This document shows positions 18,975 to 28,752 of a DNA stretch of 64,000 nucleotides, piece after piece. Position 1 is the first letter of the stretch; each line of letters begins with the position of its first letter. Below the pieces are notes generated by a model, which saw only the letters and a program-made list of their open reading frames with translations, was not told where the DNA came from and did not search any database. The stretch covers positions 38,659-102,658 of the IMG/VR virus record IMGVR_UViG_3300037247_001116. One strand, 5' to 3'. Position numbers and translations under genes: made by a program. This stretch comes from a virus.

Positions 18975-19475
18975 ATGGCAAAAATAGATATAGGAACAAC
19001 TTTTTATTTAGAAACATTAGTATTAGATTCTAATGGCGATCCTATCACAAGTTTATCTGTGAGCTATAAGGTCATTCGAAGTTCTGATAATACTCTTTTA
19101 GATTCTGGAAGTCTTACTCATATAGCCGATGGTGTCTATCAAAGCTCATATGTTTTTAGTGCAACAGGTCAATATAGAGTTTTATATATAACACCAACAC
19201 AATATACTGATGATATTGAAACAATTTTAGTAGAAGCAATTTCCAATAGTGATATCTATGATTTATGCAAGAGAATTTTAGGGTTATCTCAAGAAAATTA
19301 TAGATTCACCAATCAAGTGTATGATGGCGAAGGATGTTTAACATCTGGAAAAATATCTATTTATTCTAGTGTTTCTGATACAGATAATGAAATTAACCCT
19401 ATTACTGAATACGCTATAGTTGCTGTCTACAATGCAAACAAAGAATTAATAGACTATAAGGTAACGGAGATTTAA
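18975..19475 (+). CDS. Ig-like virion protein
   Basis: GVYQSSY...GQYRVLY beta-sandwich pattern. Confidence 0.55.
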   Translation: MAKIDIGTTFYLETLVLDSNGDPITSLSVSYKVIRSSDNTLLDSGSLTHIADGVYQSSYVFSATGQYRVLYITPTQYTDDIETILVEAISNSDIYDLCKRILGLSQENYRFTNQVYDGEGCLTSGKISIYSSVSDTDNEINPITEYAIVAVYNANKELIDYKVTEI

Positions 19476-19478
19476 TTT

Positions 19479-19733
19479 ATGTCAGGTCAATCAATTGCGT
19501 TAGCTACTAAAGGAATTATTTGCATGGGAGGGGATCGAATTATCCGAAGAGTTCTTCCATTACATATGAATCTATTAAATACTACTATTAAATTAAATTT
19601 AAAATATTTAGAAACGATTAAATTAAATACATTTTTAGACCAGAAGAAATTAAGTTTGAAATTAGATGATTTAAAATTAAGCCAAAAATTTACAAATAAT
19701 TTGAAATTAAATTTGAAAAAATGCGAGGAATAA
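19479..19733 (+). CDS. Basic low-complexity protein
   Basis: SIALATKGII start; repeated IKLNLK motifs. Confidence 0.5.
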   Translation: MSGQSIALATKGIICMGGDRIIRRVLPLHMNLLNTTIKLNLKYLETIKLNTFLDQKKLSLKLDDLKLSQKFTNNLKLNLKKCEE

Positions 19734-19734
19734 T

Positions 19735-20097
19735 ATGAAGCGAAAATATAAACCAATCACCAATATTATAAAAGGCGACTCTTTTAATTTAGAAGGGGAT
19801 TTAGACACATCCATAGTTGATTGGAAACTTCGGTGTGAAATCTATGATGGTTGTAATTCTATTAAATTAGCTACTGAAAATAGTGGCGGTTCTGATGATG
19901 AAATTGAAATCGCCGACGCGGCAAATGGACAATTTATTATTAACGTCGGAAAAAACCTAACAACATGTTTTGATAATAAAAGTTATATTGAAATAGAAGG
20001 CGAAACAGCAGATACACCGACAAAGATTTTTACAATTCACCAAGGCGAAATTTACTTTGAAGATGAAAAAATAATCTGGACTGACCCAAATGCTTAA
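19735..20097 (+). CDS. BppU-N-like virion protein
   Basis: IIKGDSF...EIADAANGQFII...QGEI pattern. Confidence 0.5.
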   Translation: MKRKYKPITNIIKGDSFNLEGDLDTSIVDWKLRCEIYDGCNSIKLATENSGGSDDEIEIADAANGQFIINVGKNLTTCFDNKSYIEIEGETADTPTKIFTIHQGEIYFEDEKIIWTDPNA

Positions 20098-20139
20098 AGG
20101 TTATTTAGGTAATATAAACATAGATTGGACAGAAAAACA

Positions 20140-20559
20140 ATGAGTTTCGAACATATTGACCAAAAGATATTTGATGATATTTTTCGTAGAACAGCAGTAA
20201 GAGCAATGGTTACTTTGCGAAGTTCTAAGACTAAAGGTGCTAATTTCGATCCTAGCAGAAATACGGGGTACGACCACACAAATCAGAACCCATTTGCTGT
20301 CAATGTTATTACAAGAACGGTCACAGCAGGTTCTTTGATGTATAATCAAATCGGCTTAGTAAAGGCTGGCGCAATTCAAATTATATGCAGTAATAATGAT
20401 GTTTCGTTGATTGAAAACAGTGAAGTAATTACGATTAATGATGTCAATTATTACACCAGAGATGATGCTGTAGGGAACAAATTTTTAATATTTCCTACCC
20501 AATTTGCTAAGTATAGTAAAATAATTATATTCAGAAAAGAAGTGGGCGAAATTGGCTAA
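20140..20559 (+). CDS. Putative head-closure protein
   Basis: Size and position in the neck module. Confidence 0.5.
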   Translation: MSFEHIDQKIFDDIFRRTAVRAMVTLRSSKTKGANFDPSRNTGYDHTNQNPFAVNVITRTVTAGSLMYNQIGLVKAGAIQIICSNNDVSLIENSEVITINDVNYYTRDDAVGNKFLIFPTQFAKYSKIIIFRKEVGEIG

Positions 20560-21040
20560 CGGAAAAGTAACAATTACAGGTCTTGGCGCAAAATTTGTAC
20601 AAAATCAGGTAACAGCTATTGTCGCAATATCTGAAAGACAGATGGAAGCGATGGCTAGAGAGACTGAGTTGGTTATTCAAACCAAGATCCAAGAGCGCAT
20701 TAAAAGAGATGGTTCCACAGGTAAATTAGCGAAATCTTTTTATACAATTAAAACTCCTGGTGGTTGGGGTGTTGGCGACATAGACTACTTAAACGCGAAT
20801 GCAAAACAATGGTATTGGTTGAATTTCGGAATTGCACAGTCTGGAAGAACAATCCCGCCTGGTACAAATGAAAATAGTAGAATTAGAGGTCATTTTTCAC
20901 CAGCTACCAAGGGGCGGTTCGTAAAAGGTTCACCCAGTTTTCCAATGAATCCAACTAAACCAATCGAAGCTATTAATTATATTCAGGCAACACTTAATGA
21001 AGTAAACAGTATCATTGCAAAGGTACTGGCGAGAGGATAA
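20552..21040 (+). CDS. Putative tail-completion (HK97 gp10-like) protein
   Basis: STGKLAKS, WLNFG, PIEAINYI motifs; TTG start. Confidence 0.55.
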   Translation: MANGKVTITGLGAKFVQNQVTAIVAISERQMEAMARETELVIQTKIQERIKRDGSTGKLAKSFYTIKTPGGWGVGDIDYLNANAKQWYWLNFGIAQSGRTIPPGTNENSRIRGHFSPATKGRFVKGSPSFPMNPTKPIEAINYIQATLNEVNSIIAKVLARG

Positions 21041-21042
21041 AC

Positions 21043-21537
21043 ATGGCAAATATTCCTTGGAGTATTGAAAGAAATTTAGAAACTTCTTTAGAAGAATTTT
21101 TAAACACTGAAGTTTCTGGAACAACTGTTTTTTATAAAGGCGTGGCGCAACCTATTAATATTCGTGTAGGCAATGCTTACAAAGATAATTGGTCTATGCC
21201 CGTCATCTCTGTTTATGCTGATAGCAAAACTTCTGAGCGCGGATTTATTGGAAGTAATAAACGATTAAAATCATATTTAATGATTATTGATGTGCGCGCC
21301 CTAGATTTTGGAATGCGTTCTGATTTAACAGATTGGGTAGAAACCACAATTAATGATGGCTTTCCAGTCTATACATATACACCATCCGTGTCAACGCCTG
21401 ACACTCCTGACAAAGTTCTTTTTGGTAAAGCGTCAATAGATTTTCTATCCAACGCTCCAACGCGCGACACACAGGACTTAAATTTTTATGAGAAGTTCAG
21501 ACAGAATTTGAGTATTTCTGTCACAATATCTTTATAA
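21043..21537 (+). CDS. Putative tail terminator protein
   Basis: Position before tail tube; PVISV and MIIDV strands. Confidence 0.55.
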   Translation: MANIPWSIERNLETSLEEFLNTEVSGTTVFYKGVAQPINIRVGNAYKDNWSMPVISVYADSKTSERGFIGSNKRLKSYLMIIDVRALDFGMRSDLTDWVETTINDGFPVYTYTPSVSTPDTPDKVLFGKASIDFLSNAPTRDTQDLNFYEKFRQNLSISVTISL

Positions 21538-21547
21538 GGAGATTAAT

Positions 21548-21781
21548 ATGGTAATTTTTTCAGATTGGAAATTTTGGTTATTTGTAGTTGGTATATCTCA
21601 GATTGCCTTGACGACATATGGCTTTGCAATTATTAAATTTAATGATTTAAAACATCTTTCTAAAGATGTTGGTGATATTAAAACGAATGTAAATGTATTA
21701 ACAAGTAAGGTGGTTAAAATAGATAAAGGATTGGCAGTGCAGAAACAAAGAATAAACGATTTAGCGAAATCTAGTAATTAA
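21548..21781 (+). CDS. Single-TM coiled-coil protein, possible holin-like
   Basis: N-terminal TM helix, IIKFNDLKHL, then coiled coil. Confidence 0.45.
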   Translation: MVIFSDWKFWLFVVGISQIALTTYGFAIIKFNDLKHLSKDVGDIKTNVNVLTSKVVKIDKGLAVQKQRINDLAKSSN

Positions 21782-21796
21782 GAGGAGAAATAAATC

Positions 21797-23029
21797 ATGG
21801 CAGATGAAATTTTACATGGGAGAGCAATTAGTCCTTGGATCATCCCAAACAAGGGTGGAAGTCCTGACGACTTTCATGGATTGACAAATGTTGGAGCAGA
21901 CCCAAGTGTTGCTTCAGAAAAAGTTTATGTTATTGGAAAAACGGCGGCATGTGGTACAGATAAAGAAACACCAGTGGTAACGGTTCCGTTACCGATGTTA
22001 GAAAGAGGAGAAATTGATTCGTATCTTACGCTTGCAAATTTAGATGCCGAACCTGCTGGTGGTTTTGACCTGCTTGATTTCAGTTCCTCTTTGGTTGATG
22101 TAGTTTATTATATTAGAGATGCAAATGCTGGTAATGTTTTAGCGTCCATGTGGATGCCGAAATGTGCATTAAACAGTTTAGCGATCAATTTCGACGACCC
22201 CAAGGGTAGGATTACAAGGGATTTAGAAGTTGGAAGCGACGATAGACGAGTTTTCTTAGGTGGAAATAAATATCTTATCCATCTTGAAGACACTGCGCCA
22301 TCTGGAACTTCTGGTTCTTATGAAATAGATGTTTCTGATCCTGCACCTGTTGTTGACCCAAATGTTGCATTGTCATATATTCTTCGTATTGATAGAACAA
22401 GAGCTGGTGTAACAACCTCTTTGGCTATCACAACGGATTATACATATACACATGGAACTTTTACGATTGATGTCCTAGCCGCATTAGCTGATGATGTTTA
22501 TAATGTTTATTATAGTGCCGCGTCTTTTGGTACGCCAGCAGATCCGACAAGTATTGATTCGGATTCGATTTGTTATTTGAAGGCAGAAAACATCACGGTT
22601 CTTATTGACGACGGATCTACAGAAGTAGAGATGGACAGGTTAAGTTCATTATCAATTTCTGTAACGATTAATCGTATTGATGAGAATGTTCTTGGAGATG
22701 ACGAAACAATTCTTCGTGAAATTACGGACACACCAGTTACAGTAGCATTTTCTGGTCGTGTTAAAAATTATAACGGAGAAAAGGCATGGATGGCTCAGTT
22801 AGGCGACACAGAAGTTATTTCAAGTGTCAAACTTTTTAGCGATGCTGTTAAAATCTCTGTTAAAATCCACGACAATGCAGATAAAGACACCTTTTTGATT
22901 GGTTATCAGGTTGATAATCTGTCTTACACAGACGGAAGCTTTTCAACTGATGCTAATGAATTTGGTACGATGGATGTGACCGCCGAAGGCGATAATCTTT
23001 TGATTACCACTACTGAAGGCGATCTGTAA
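21797..23029 (+). CDS. Major tail tube protein
   Basis: 410-aa acidic beta-rich ORF with strong RBS, between the neck genes and chaperones/tape measure. Confidence 0.7.
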   Translation: MADEILHGRAISPWIIPNKGGSPDDFHGLTNVGADPSVASEKVYVIGKTAACGTDKETPVVTVPLPMLERGEIDSYLTLANLDAEPAGGFDLLDFSSSLVDVVYYIRDANAGNVLASMWMPKCALNSLAINFDDPKGRITRDLEVGSDDRRVFLGGNKYLIHLEDTAPSGTSGSYEIDVSDPAPVVDPNVALSYILRIDRTRAGVTTSLAITTDYTYTHGTFTIDVLAALADDVYNVYYSAASFGTPADPTSIDSDSICYLKAENITVLIDDGSTEVEMDRLSSLSISVTINRIDENVLGDDETILREITDTPVTVAFSGRVKNYNGEKAWMAQLGDTEVISSVKLFSDAVKISVKIHDNADKDTFLIGYQVDNLSYTDGSFSTDANEFGTMDVTAEGDNLLITTTEGDL

Positions 23030-23035
23030 TCTACT

Positions 23036-23269
23036 CTGAAATCATTGCCGTAAGGCTTGATTGTCAGTTATGTCTAAATCCACATAGGTATAAAGGCTGA
23101 GAATTTTATATTTGATATGTGGAGAATGGAATTTGGTGACACCTTCTCAGAGGTAAAACACCATTTTCCGATATATGAATGGTAGATAATTGTTGGGTTT
23201 CCCGAAGGTTATCTATAAAATGTTTTGAGAAGGAGTGGGATACATGAGCGTCCTACCCTTCTCTTACAT
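23036..23269 (+). ncRNA. Candidate structured non-coding RNA (five hairpins, possible kissing loop)
   Basis: Five consecutive stems fill the 256-bp intergenic gap; loop CTGAGAA complements loop TTCTCAG; strand inferred from G-U pairs and operon direction. Confidence 0.6.
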
Positions 23270-23285
23270 AAAAAGTGAGGAACGT

Positions 23286-23555
23286 ATGGATAAGAAATTG
23301 AAAGAATTTATAAATAAACTCTGTAAAGATCAGAGCCGAACCCTTGTAGGAAGAATTTGCAAACAAATAGAAATTCTTCAGGATCAACCTAATCTTTCTA
23401 TTGAAACAAAACAGACTTTAGACCTTTTAAAATCTCTTAACAAAGAACTCATTTATGAGGAATTTAGGGATTTGAAGAATGCTGTTGTTTTTTATTCAGA
23501 AGGTCGCGAATACGAAAAATATCCAATCTACACCCCCACTAAAGAAACAAAATAG
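23286..23555 (+). CDS. Hypothetical helical protein downstream of the structured RNA
   Basis: GAGG RBS before ATG 23286; MDKKLKEF...KELIYEEFRDL. Confidence 0.75.
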   Translation: MDKKLKEFINKLCKDQSRTLVGRICKQIEILQDQPNLSIETKQTLDLLKSLNKELIYEEFRDLKNAVVFYSEGREYEKYPIYTPTKETK

Positions 23556-23572
23556 GTGGGGTCTTTTTATTT
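23532..23572 (+). terminator. Intrinsic terminator
   Basis: ACCCCCACTA...TAGGTGGGGT then CTTTTTATTT. Confidence 0.6.
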
Positions 23573-23587
23573 ACCGAAAGGCTTATT

Positions 23588-23728
23588 ATGGAAGAACGAA
23601 TGAAGGCATTAGAAGTTGAGATTTCCTATTTGAGAAAAGTTATCGAAGAGTTAAAAGAAATGCGTACTGTCGAAATTCACACCCATTTTACAAGTCAATA
23701 TTTACAATGCCCTGGAAACAAGGAATAA
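23588..23728 (+). CDS. Small hypothetical protein
   Basis: Manually read 46-aa ORF MEERMKALEVEISYLRKVIEELKE... Confidence 0.55.
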   Translation: MEERMKALEVEISYLRKVIEELKEMRTVEIHTHFTSQYLQCPGNKE

Positions 23729-23745
23729 TCGTAAGGAGTAAAAGC

Positions 23746-24384
23746 ATGGATATTTTATCACCCGAAAAAATAGCGCAACTCAAAGCCGTTTTGAAAGAGA
23801 TGGATGTGAGTTCTGCAAACGAATCATTGATTCAAGATAATAAAATTGTGTTCCCTTATAAGGATAAAATTTATCGCGTCCGAATGCCTAACCAAATCGA
23901 ACAGACACTTGCCGAAGAAGCACAGAACAAAGTCAAGCTCCGTTTAACCCAAGAGAAGGGCAATCGTTCAAGAAACCAGCTAATAAGAGATTTGAAAGAG
24001 AACAACGGTCTTGATGTGAAAGCTCTTGAAGCCGAAAAAGATGGAATTAAAGAAGAGTTGCAGTATGTTTATTTAGAATTGGCAGTTGTTCCTTCTGAGT
24101 TTCCTGATAAGATTGAAGCACTTATTAAAAAGAAGGAAGAAATCGAACTGCGTTTCATGGAAATTTTTGTCGAGCTTGCAGAAGTTCTTGAGCCTTGTAT
24201 TCAAGAACAAGCAAAAATCGAATTTTATAGATTTTTAGCTTTTACATGTGCAGAAGTCAAAACAGGAAAAGAAGATTTCACTTCTGTGTGGGAAACTTAT
24301 GATGATTGTAAAAAAGATGGTAGTGGATTATCAACACTTTTCTTAAATAATCTTCAAAGTTTATTGCTAAAGATTAAGGAATAA
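23746..24384 (+). CDS. Putative tail assembly chaperone
   Basis: AAGGAG RBS; position before tape measure. Confidence 0.55.
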   Translation: MDILSPEKIAQLKAVLKEMDVSSANESLIQDNKIVFPYKDKIYRVRMPNQIEQTLAEEAQNKVKLRLTQEKGNRSRNQLIRDLKENNGLDVKALEAEKDGIKEELQYVYLELAVVPSEFPDKIEALIKKKEEIELRFMEIFVELAEVLEPCIQEQAKIEFYRFLAFTCAEVKTGKEDFTSVWETYDDCKKDGSGLSTLFLNNLQSLLLKIKE

Positions 24385-24385
24385 A

Positions 24386-24769
24386 ATGTTATTAGAAGCC
24401 CATATCAGAAAACTTGCGAGAAGCAATTACTGGCAAGAAATTTATAATTCTTCTAAAACTTGTTCTGGAATTTATTTATTCGAAAATCAAACAAAATTTA
24501 GCGGAATCCAATACCTCTTTTTATATTGGTTGAGAGTATATGCAATGATATATTCTGAACTTGCTCAATTAGAGTGGACAAATTTGGATGAGGAAGTTAT
24601 TGAAAACAATGATAGATTCGATGCTTTTATGTATTGGCGGTCAAAGCATATAGAAAAACAGATAAGAAAATCGAAGTCAGAAGAGAAAAAACATAAAGAG
24701 AAACCAGGAATGTTAAATGTTCCGATTTATACTGGTAATAAAAATAAAGATAAAGAAGGTGACAAATAA
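24386..24769 (+). CDS. Putative second tail assembly chaperone
   Basis: Directly upstream of tape measure. Confidence 0.5.
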   Translation: MLLEAHIRKLARSNYWQEIYNSSKTCSGIYLFENQTKFSGIQYLFLYWLRVYAMIYSELAQLEWTNLDEEVIENNDRFDAFMYWRSKHIEKQIRKSKSEEKKHKEKPGMLNVPIYTGNKNKDKEGDK

Positions 24770-27504
24770 TGGCTGAAGGATTAGGAGCAACAGCAGTTAT
24801 CAATTACAGATTAAATGTTGAGGATGTCAAACGTCAGGTGAAACAGTTACAGCGCCTCAATTCGATTATGGCAAAAAACCTTGGTAAAGATTTTACCAAA
24901 GGAGCAATTATTGTTAGAAAAGAACTGACAAAAATTTCAGAATCAGTTAAACCCATCACATTAAAATCTGGTAAAACAACCAAAGAAATAAGAACTTTTA
25001 CAACCGTTGTTCGCGCCGCTAATGGACAATTAGCTACAATCACGCAGAGAACTGCTGGGCTTGGTAAAAATTTCAAAGTTTTAAACACCACTATTAAATC
25101 TGGTGCGGCTGGTATGCGAACATTTGGTCAAAACCTTGCCACTCTTGCCAAAAGAGCCGCTTTGACTATTCCATTATGGTTTGTTTTAAGACAAGGCATA
25201 GGTTCTGTTTTTCGAACCATCAAAGAAGGTTTATCAAGTATTGTTGCCTTTGATGCGGCATTGCAAAAAGCAAAACGAAATCTTCAAGGAACTACTGCTA
25301 GTATTGCACAAAATTTTGCCACATTAAAAACGGAAGTCACTAAATTATCTATCGAAACAGGAAGAAGTGTTGAAGACATCACGAATGCTTTTCAAAAATT
25401 CGCCACAGTTGGTTTTGATTTTGAAACATCAATGGCTGGCGCACAGAACGCGACGAAATTATCTATTCTATTGTTTGGTGATGCTACTGAAACGGCTAAT
25501 GCCTTTGCAAGAACCATGAGAGTTTTGATTGATGAAACAAATGGAGCCAAACCAGCAAGTGAGCAGTTAGCAGATGTCATGGCTTTAACAGCCGAATTGT
25601 GGGAAACAAATGCTTTCGAATTAAATGAAATGACCGCATCATTAGAAAGATTTGCCCCAGCCGCAAAGGTTGCTGGTTTCTCTGCTGATGAAGCTGTAAA
25701 ACTTATGGCTGGATTAAGCACCGCAGGACTTCGCGGAAGCAAAGCTGGGCGGTTGTTATCAACTTCATTGGTTCGTTTGTTAGTAAATACTGATAAATTA
25801 GCTGAAAGTTTAGGAGTTAAAGTAAATCCTGAAATGGACAGAACATTTGATGTGTTTTTAAGAACATTAGATGCCTTAAATAAAACAAGAAATGCGGCAG
25901 GTAAGGTTTCCCCTGCATTTGAAAAGATTACCAAGTCAATATTCGGCTTGCGCTCTGGTTTAGCTGTTAAAGGACTTATTGCTTTAAGAAAAAATTTACA
26001 AGAAGTTCTTAATGTTAAAGGCGATGTTTCTGACTTTAATAATAAATTTGAAGAAATAAACAAAACGACATTTCAATTGGACGCACAGGTTAAAAATTTA
26101 AATGTAACATTGGGTAGGGCTTTTGCTACTGGTATTGTTGGCGGTGAGGATTATGATGACGTACTACAAACTATTATAAATACGCAATTGAAATTGAGTG
26201 AAGGAATGGAACAGTTTGGCACAGTCGCCAGAAATGCTATCATATCTGGTGGTGTCGGGTCATTATTAATCTTCCGCGCCCAAATATTAAAAACGCTTGC
26301 TTTTGTAGCGGCAAACCCCATTGTTTTAGGAACAATAGCTACTTTTACAACATTAAATCTTATAGAGGACGTTATCAGGTTAAGAAAAGAATCAGATAAG
26401 GCTTCTATATCCCTTGCGGATGTTGCTATCGACTTTGCGAAAGAAATAGATAAAGCTCTATTGGGCGATTTAAATTTTGATGAAATAGATTTACTTATTG
26501 CTAGATTAGAAACCTTTGGAGCAAAACAAATCGGATTTGATGAAGTCAATTTTAATAATACTTTAAAAGTATTAAAAGAAATTCGGGCAGAAGAGGAAAA
26601 AATCAGCAAAGAAAAACAAAACCAAATTGATGCTGGTGAAAAAGCGACTATTCTTGAAGGAAAACGCACAAAGATTGCGAAGATTGTGTTAGAACATGAG
26701 TTAAAAATTTTAGAAGCAAGAGGGGCTAGTACGTCAGAATTGTTAAAGGCTGAAGGACTTATCAGAAACCAATTAAATATTGAAAAAAGTGCGAATGATC
26801 AATATAAAGATCGTTTGGAATTACAACGTGCAATAAATCAGGAAAAAGAACTCGAATCCACTTTATCTTCTAGGACACAAAAATTAGCCAAAATCGGAAG
26901 AGAAGAAGGCGTTCAAACAGCCAGACGATTAAGCGAGGTTTTATCAGGCGATTTCGACTTTGATTTGTTTGAAAGAATAGGCGGAAAGAATTTAGAAATA
27001 TTTAAAAAGGAATTTGCCAATATTTTTCAAGAACAACAAGATCTTAAATTTTTAAGAGGAAAAGGTTTTGATATCACTCCTGCTCAACGAGATATAGCTA
27101 AAATTAGTGGAGTATCTGTTGACCCAAGGGCAACATCGTTATCTCAAAGACAAGCCCAATTAGATATACGCAGGTTAGAAAAAACACCATTACTTATAGC
27201 AGGATTGAACGCAAACACAAATGCTAATATTGCCAACACACAATCATTATCTAGCTTATTAGCCGTTTTTGAGTCAACAGGATTTGTTAGGGGAGCCGAT
27301 ATTGTATCAGCTAAAAAAGCGGAAGCACAAAAAATAGATTTTAATATAACAATAGATGGTAAAAACTTAGATTTGAAATTTGGTTCTGAAAAAGAAGCTA
27401 GAGATATACTCACAAGTTTGCTTTCTGATAGAAGCACCATTGACAGAATAGTAAATAGTATACCATTTAAAAAAGCAACGGATGAAAGAATAGATAAATT
27501 TTAA
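24769..27504 (+). CDS. Tail tape measure protein
   Basis: 911-aa Ala-rich helical ORF; AGFSADEAVKLMAGLSTAGLRGSKAG core. Confidence 0.9.
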   Translation: MAEGLGATAVINYRLNVEDVKRQVKQLQRLNSIMAKNLGKDFTKGAIIVRKELTKISESVKPITLKSGKTTKEIRTFTTVVRAANGQLATITQRTAGLGKNFKVLNTTIKSGAAGMRTFGQNLATLAKRAALTIPLWFVLRQGIGSVFRTIKEGLSSIVAFDAALQKAKRNLQGTTASIAQNFATLKTEVTKLSIETGRSVEDITNAFQKFATVGFDFETSMAGAQNATKLSILLFGDATETANAFARTMRVLIDETNGAKPASEQLADVMALTAELWETNAFELNEMTASLERFAPAAKVAGFSADEAVKLMAGLSTAGLRGSKAGRLLSTSLVRLLVNTDKLAESLGVKVNPEMDRTFDVFLRTLDALNKTRNAAGKVSPAFEKITKSIFGLRSGLAVKGLIALRKNLQEVLNVKGDVSDFNNKFEEINKTTFQLDAQVKNLNVTLGRAFATGIVGGEDYDDVLQTIINTQLKLSEGMEQFGTVARNAIISGGVGSLLIFRAQILKTLAFVAANPIVLGTIATFTTLNLIEDVIRLRKESDKASISLADVAIDFAKEIDKALLGDLNFDEIDLLIARLETFGAKQIGFDEVNFNNTLKVLKEIRAEEEKISKEKQNQIDAGEKATILEGKRTKIAKIVLEHELKILEARGASTSELLKAEGLIRNQLNIEKSANDQYKDRLELQRAINQEKELESTLSSRTQKLAKIGREEGVQTARRLSEVLSGDFDFDLFERIGGKNLEIFKKEFANIFQEQQDLKFLRGKGFDITPAQRDIAKISGVSVDPRATSLSQRQAQLDIRRLEKTPLLIAGLNANTNANIANTQSLSSLLAVFESTGFVRGADIVSAKKAEAQKIDFNITIDGKNLDLKFGSEKEARDILTSLLSDRSTIDRIVNSIPFKKATDERIDKF

Positions 27505-27515
27505 GGAGATAAATC

Positions 27516-27944
27516 ATGGCAGGTACATTTCCACGTTTTAGATTATATGAATCAGACGGGTCAACTCCCGTTTATGAATTCGACAGTGTTGTAGATTGGG
27601 GCGATTCACCCTTTGAAGATCCAATCACATTTGCTGAACATACATCTTTAAGAGGTCAAGGATCAATCATTTCTGATGGAGCAGACCAATCATGGGATCT
27701 ACCATTGCAATTTGTTCTTATCGAGGCTGATTATGAAGCTCTTGTTGCACTTCAGAATGTCTTACCATCAACAATTGTAAAGAATAAAAAATATATATTA
27801 AAAATAGACTTGACTGATTCAACAACGAAAGATTTAAAGGTAAAACGACTTACCCCGATTAGATTTCCGTCAGGAACAAGGAGAAAGAAATTAGTCACTT
27901 TCGCAGATTGTTTTATCACATTGCGAGTAGGAACATGGGCTTAA
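27516..27944 (+). CDS. Putative distal tail (Dit-like) protein
   Basis: Immediately after tape measure; 142 aa. Confidence 0.55.
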   Translation: MAGTFPRFRLYESDGSTPVYEFDSVVDWGDSPFEDPITFAEHTSLRGQGSIISDGADQSWDLPLQFVLIEADYEALVALQNVLPSTIVKNKKYILKIDLTDSTTKDLKVKRLTPIRFPSGTRRKKLVTFADCFITLRVGTWA

Positions 27945-27945
27945 A

Positions 27946-28116
27946 ATGAATAATCATGAAATAAAATCAGTTATTAGAGATGGAACCCCAATATTAAAAT
28001 TTAAATGTCCTAGTTGTAAGATTTGGGGCGCAATAGATAATGATCAGTTTAATGGAAAAATATCTATTTTTTGTGATTGTGGATTTCATAAGACTATTAA
28101 TTTAAAGGAGAAATAA
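27946..28116 (+). CDS. Small zinc-ribbon protein
   Basis: Manually read 56-aa ORF with CPSC...CDCGFH. Confidence 0.6.
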   Translation: MNNHEIKSVIRDGTPILKFKCPSCKIWGAIDNDQFNGKISIFCDCGFHKTINLKEK

Positions 28117-28117
28117 G

Positions 28118-28750
28118 ATGGCTCTAAATGTATATGTAAATGCAGACACTCAAGATTTGGCTCTTAACTCAAGCGGAGTTGATTGGGTCGAATTTTCAGA
28201 AGGCAATGATCAGTTCATTTTCACTAATGGCAACACAGAAGTTGCGGATGGTGCAGATATTCCTACACAGGCTGAATTGATTTCGGCAGGGATTAGATTA
28301 GATGGCATACAGATTGTTATGGACACCTATTTGCTTCAGGACACCGATGTGAATGAATTAAAAGATATTGTGAACATGGGTAACATAAATAAAAGGTATG
28401 TAGTTGCCTTTGATTTTGATGGTGTAACCGCCTCAGAACCCGTTTATGAGGTATATGATGACACTAATTTGAACACTGCCACAGGAACCATGTTAGGTGG
28501 AGGAACGCCATCCTCAAGCTTCATAAGGGGTATTACGACCACTGCTGGCTTGCCTGGTGTTAATTGGATCACAGGAGCGACTAGGATGGCTGGAAGCGGT
28601 GATGGAAATTTCCTCTATCTTAATGATCAGAGTGGTTTTCTCACAGAAGCGACGACGCTTTATTGTAATCTCTGTGTTGTTGTTCCTGCAAGTCAAACAA
28701 CAGGTTTTTCCGCTAATCCAGTATTTGTTGTTAAATGGTTGGAGAACTAA
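28118..28750 (+). CDS. Tail-tip structural protein
   Basis: AGGAG RBS; acidic beta-rich; position. Confidence 0.6.
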   Translation: MALNVYVNADTQDLALNSSGVDWVEFSEGNDQFIFTNGNTEVADGADIPTQAELISAGIRLDGIQIVMDTYLLQDTDVNELKDIVNMGNINKRYVVAFDFDGVTASEPVYEVYDDTNLNTATGTMLGGGTPSSSFIRGITTTAGLPGVNWITGATRMAGSGDGNFLYLNDQSGFLTEATTLYCNLCVVVPASQTTGFSANPVFVVKWLEN

Positions 28751-28752
28751 TC

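Noticed and set aside
23036-23269. tRNA, CRISPR mini-array or self-splicing intron as the identity of the structured gap
   Set aside because: No cloverleaf or T-loop, no direct repeats, flanking genes are complete, and no group I/II core motifs were recognised
23235-23285. Upstream GTG start for the 23555-ending ORF
   Set aside because: It lies inside hairpin H5; ATG 23286 has a well-spaced GAGG RBS
23746-24769. Programmed -1 frameshift joining the tail chaperones
   Set aside because: The second ORF is in the +1 frame, has its own AAGGA-ATG, and no in-frame XXXYYYZ heptamer was found near the first stop
25392-26669. Long antisense ORFs in the tape measure gene and similar shadow ORFs elsewhere
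   Set aside because: Mirror frames of biased coding sequence with no RBS or recognisable motifs
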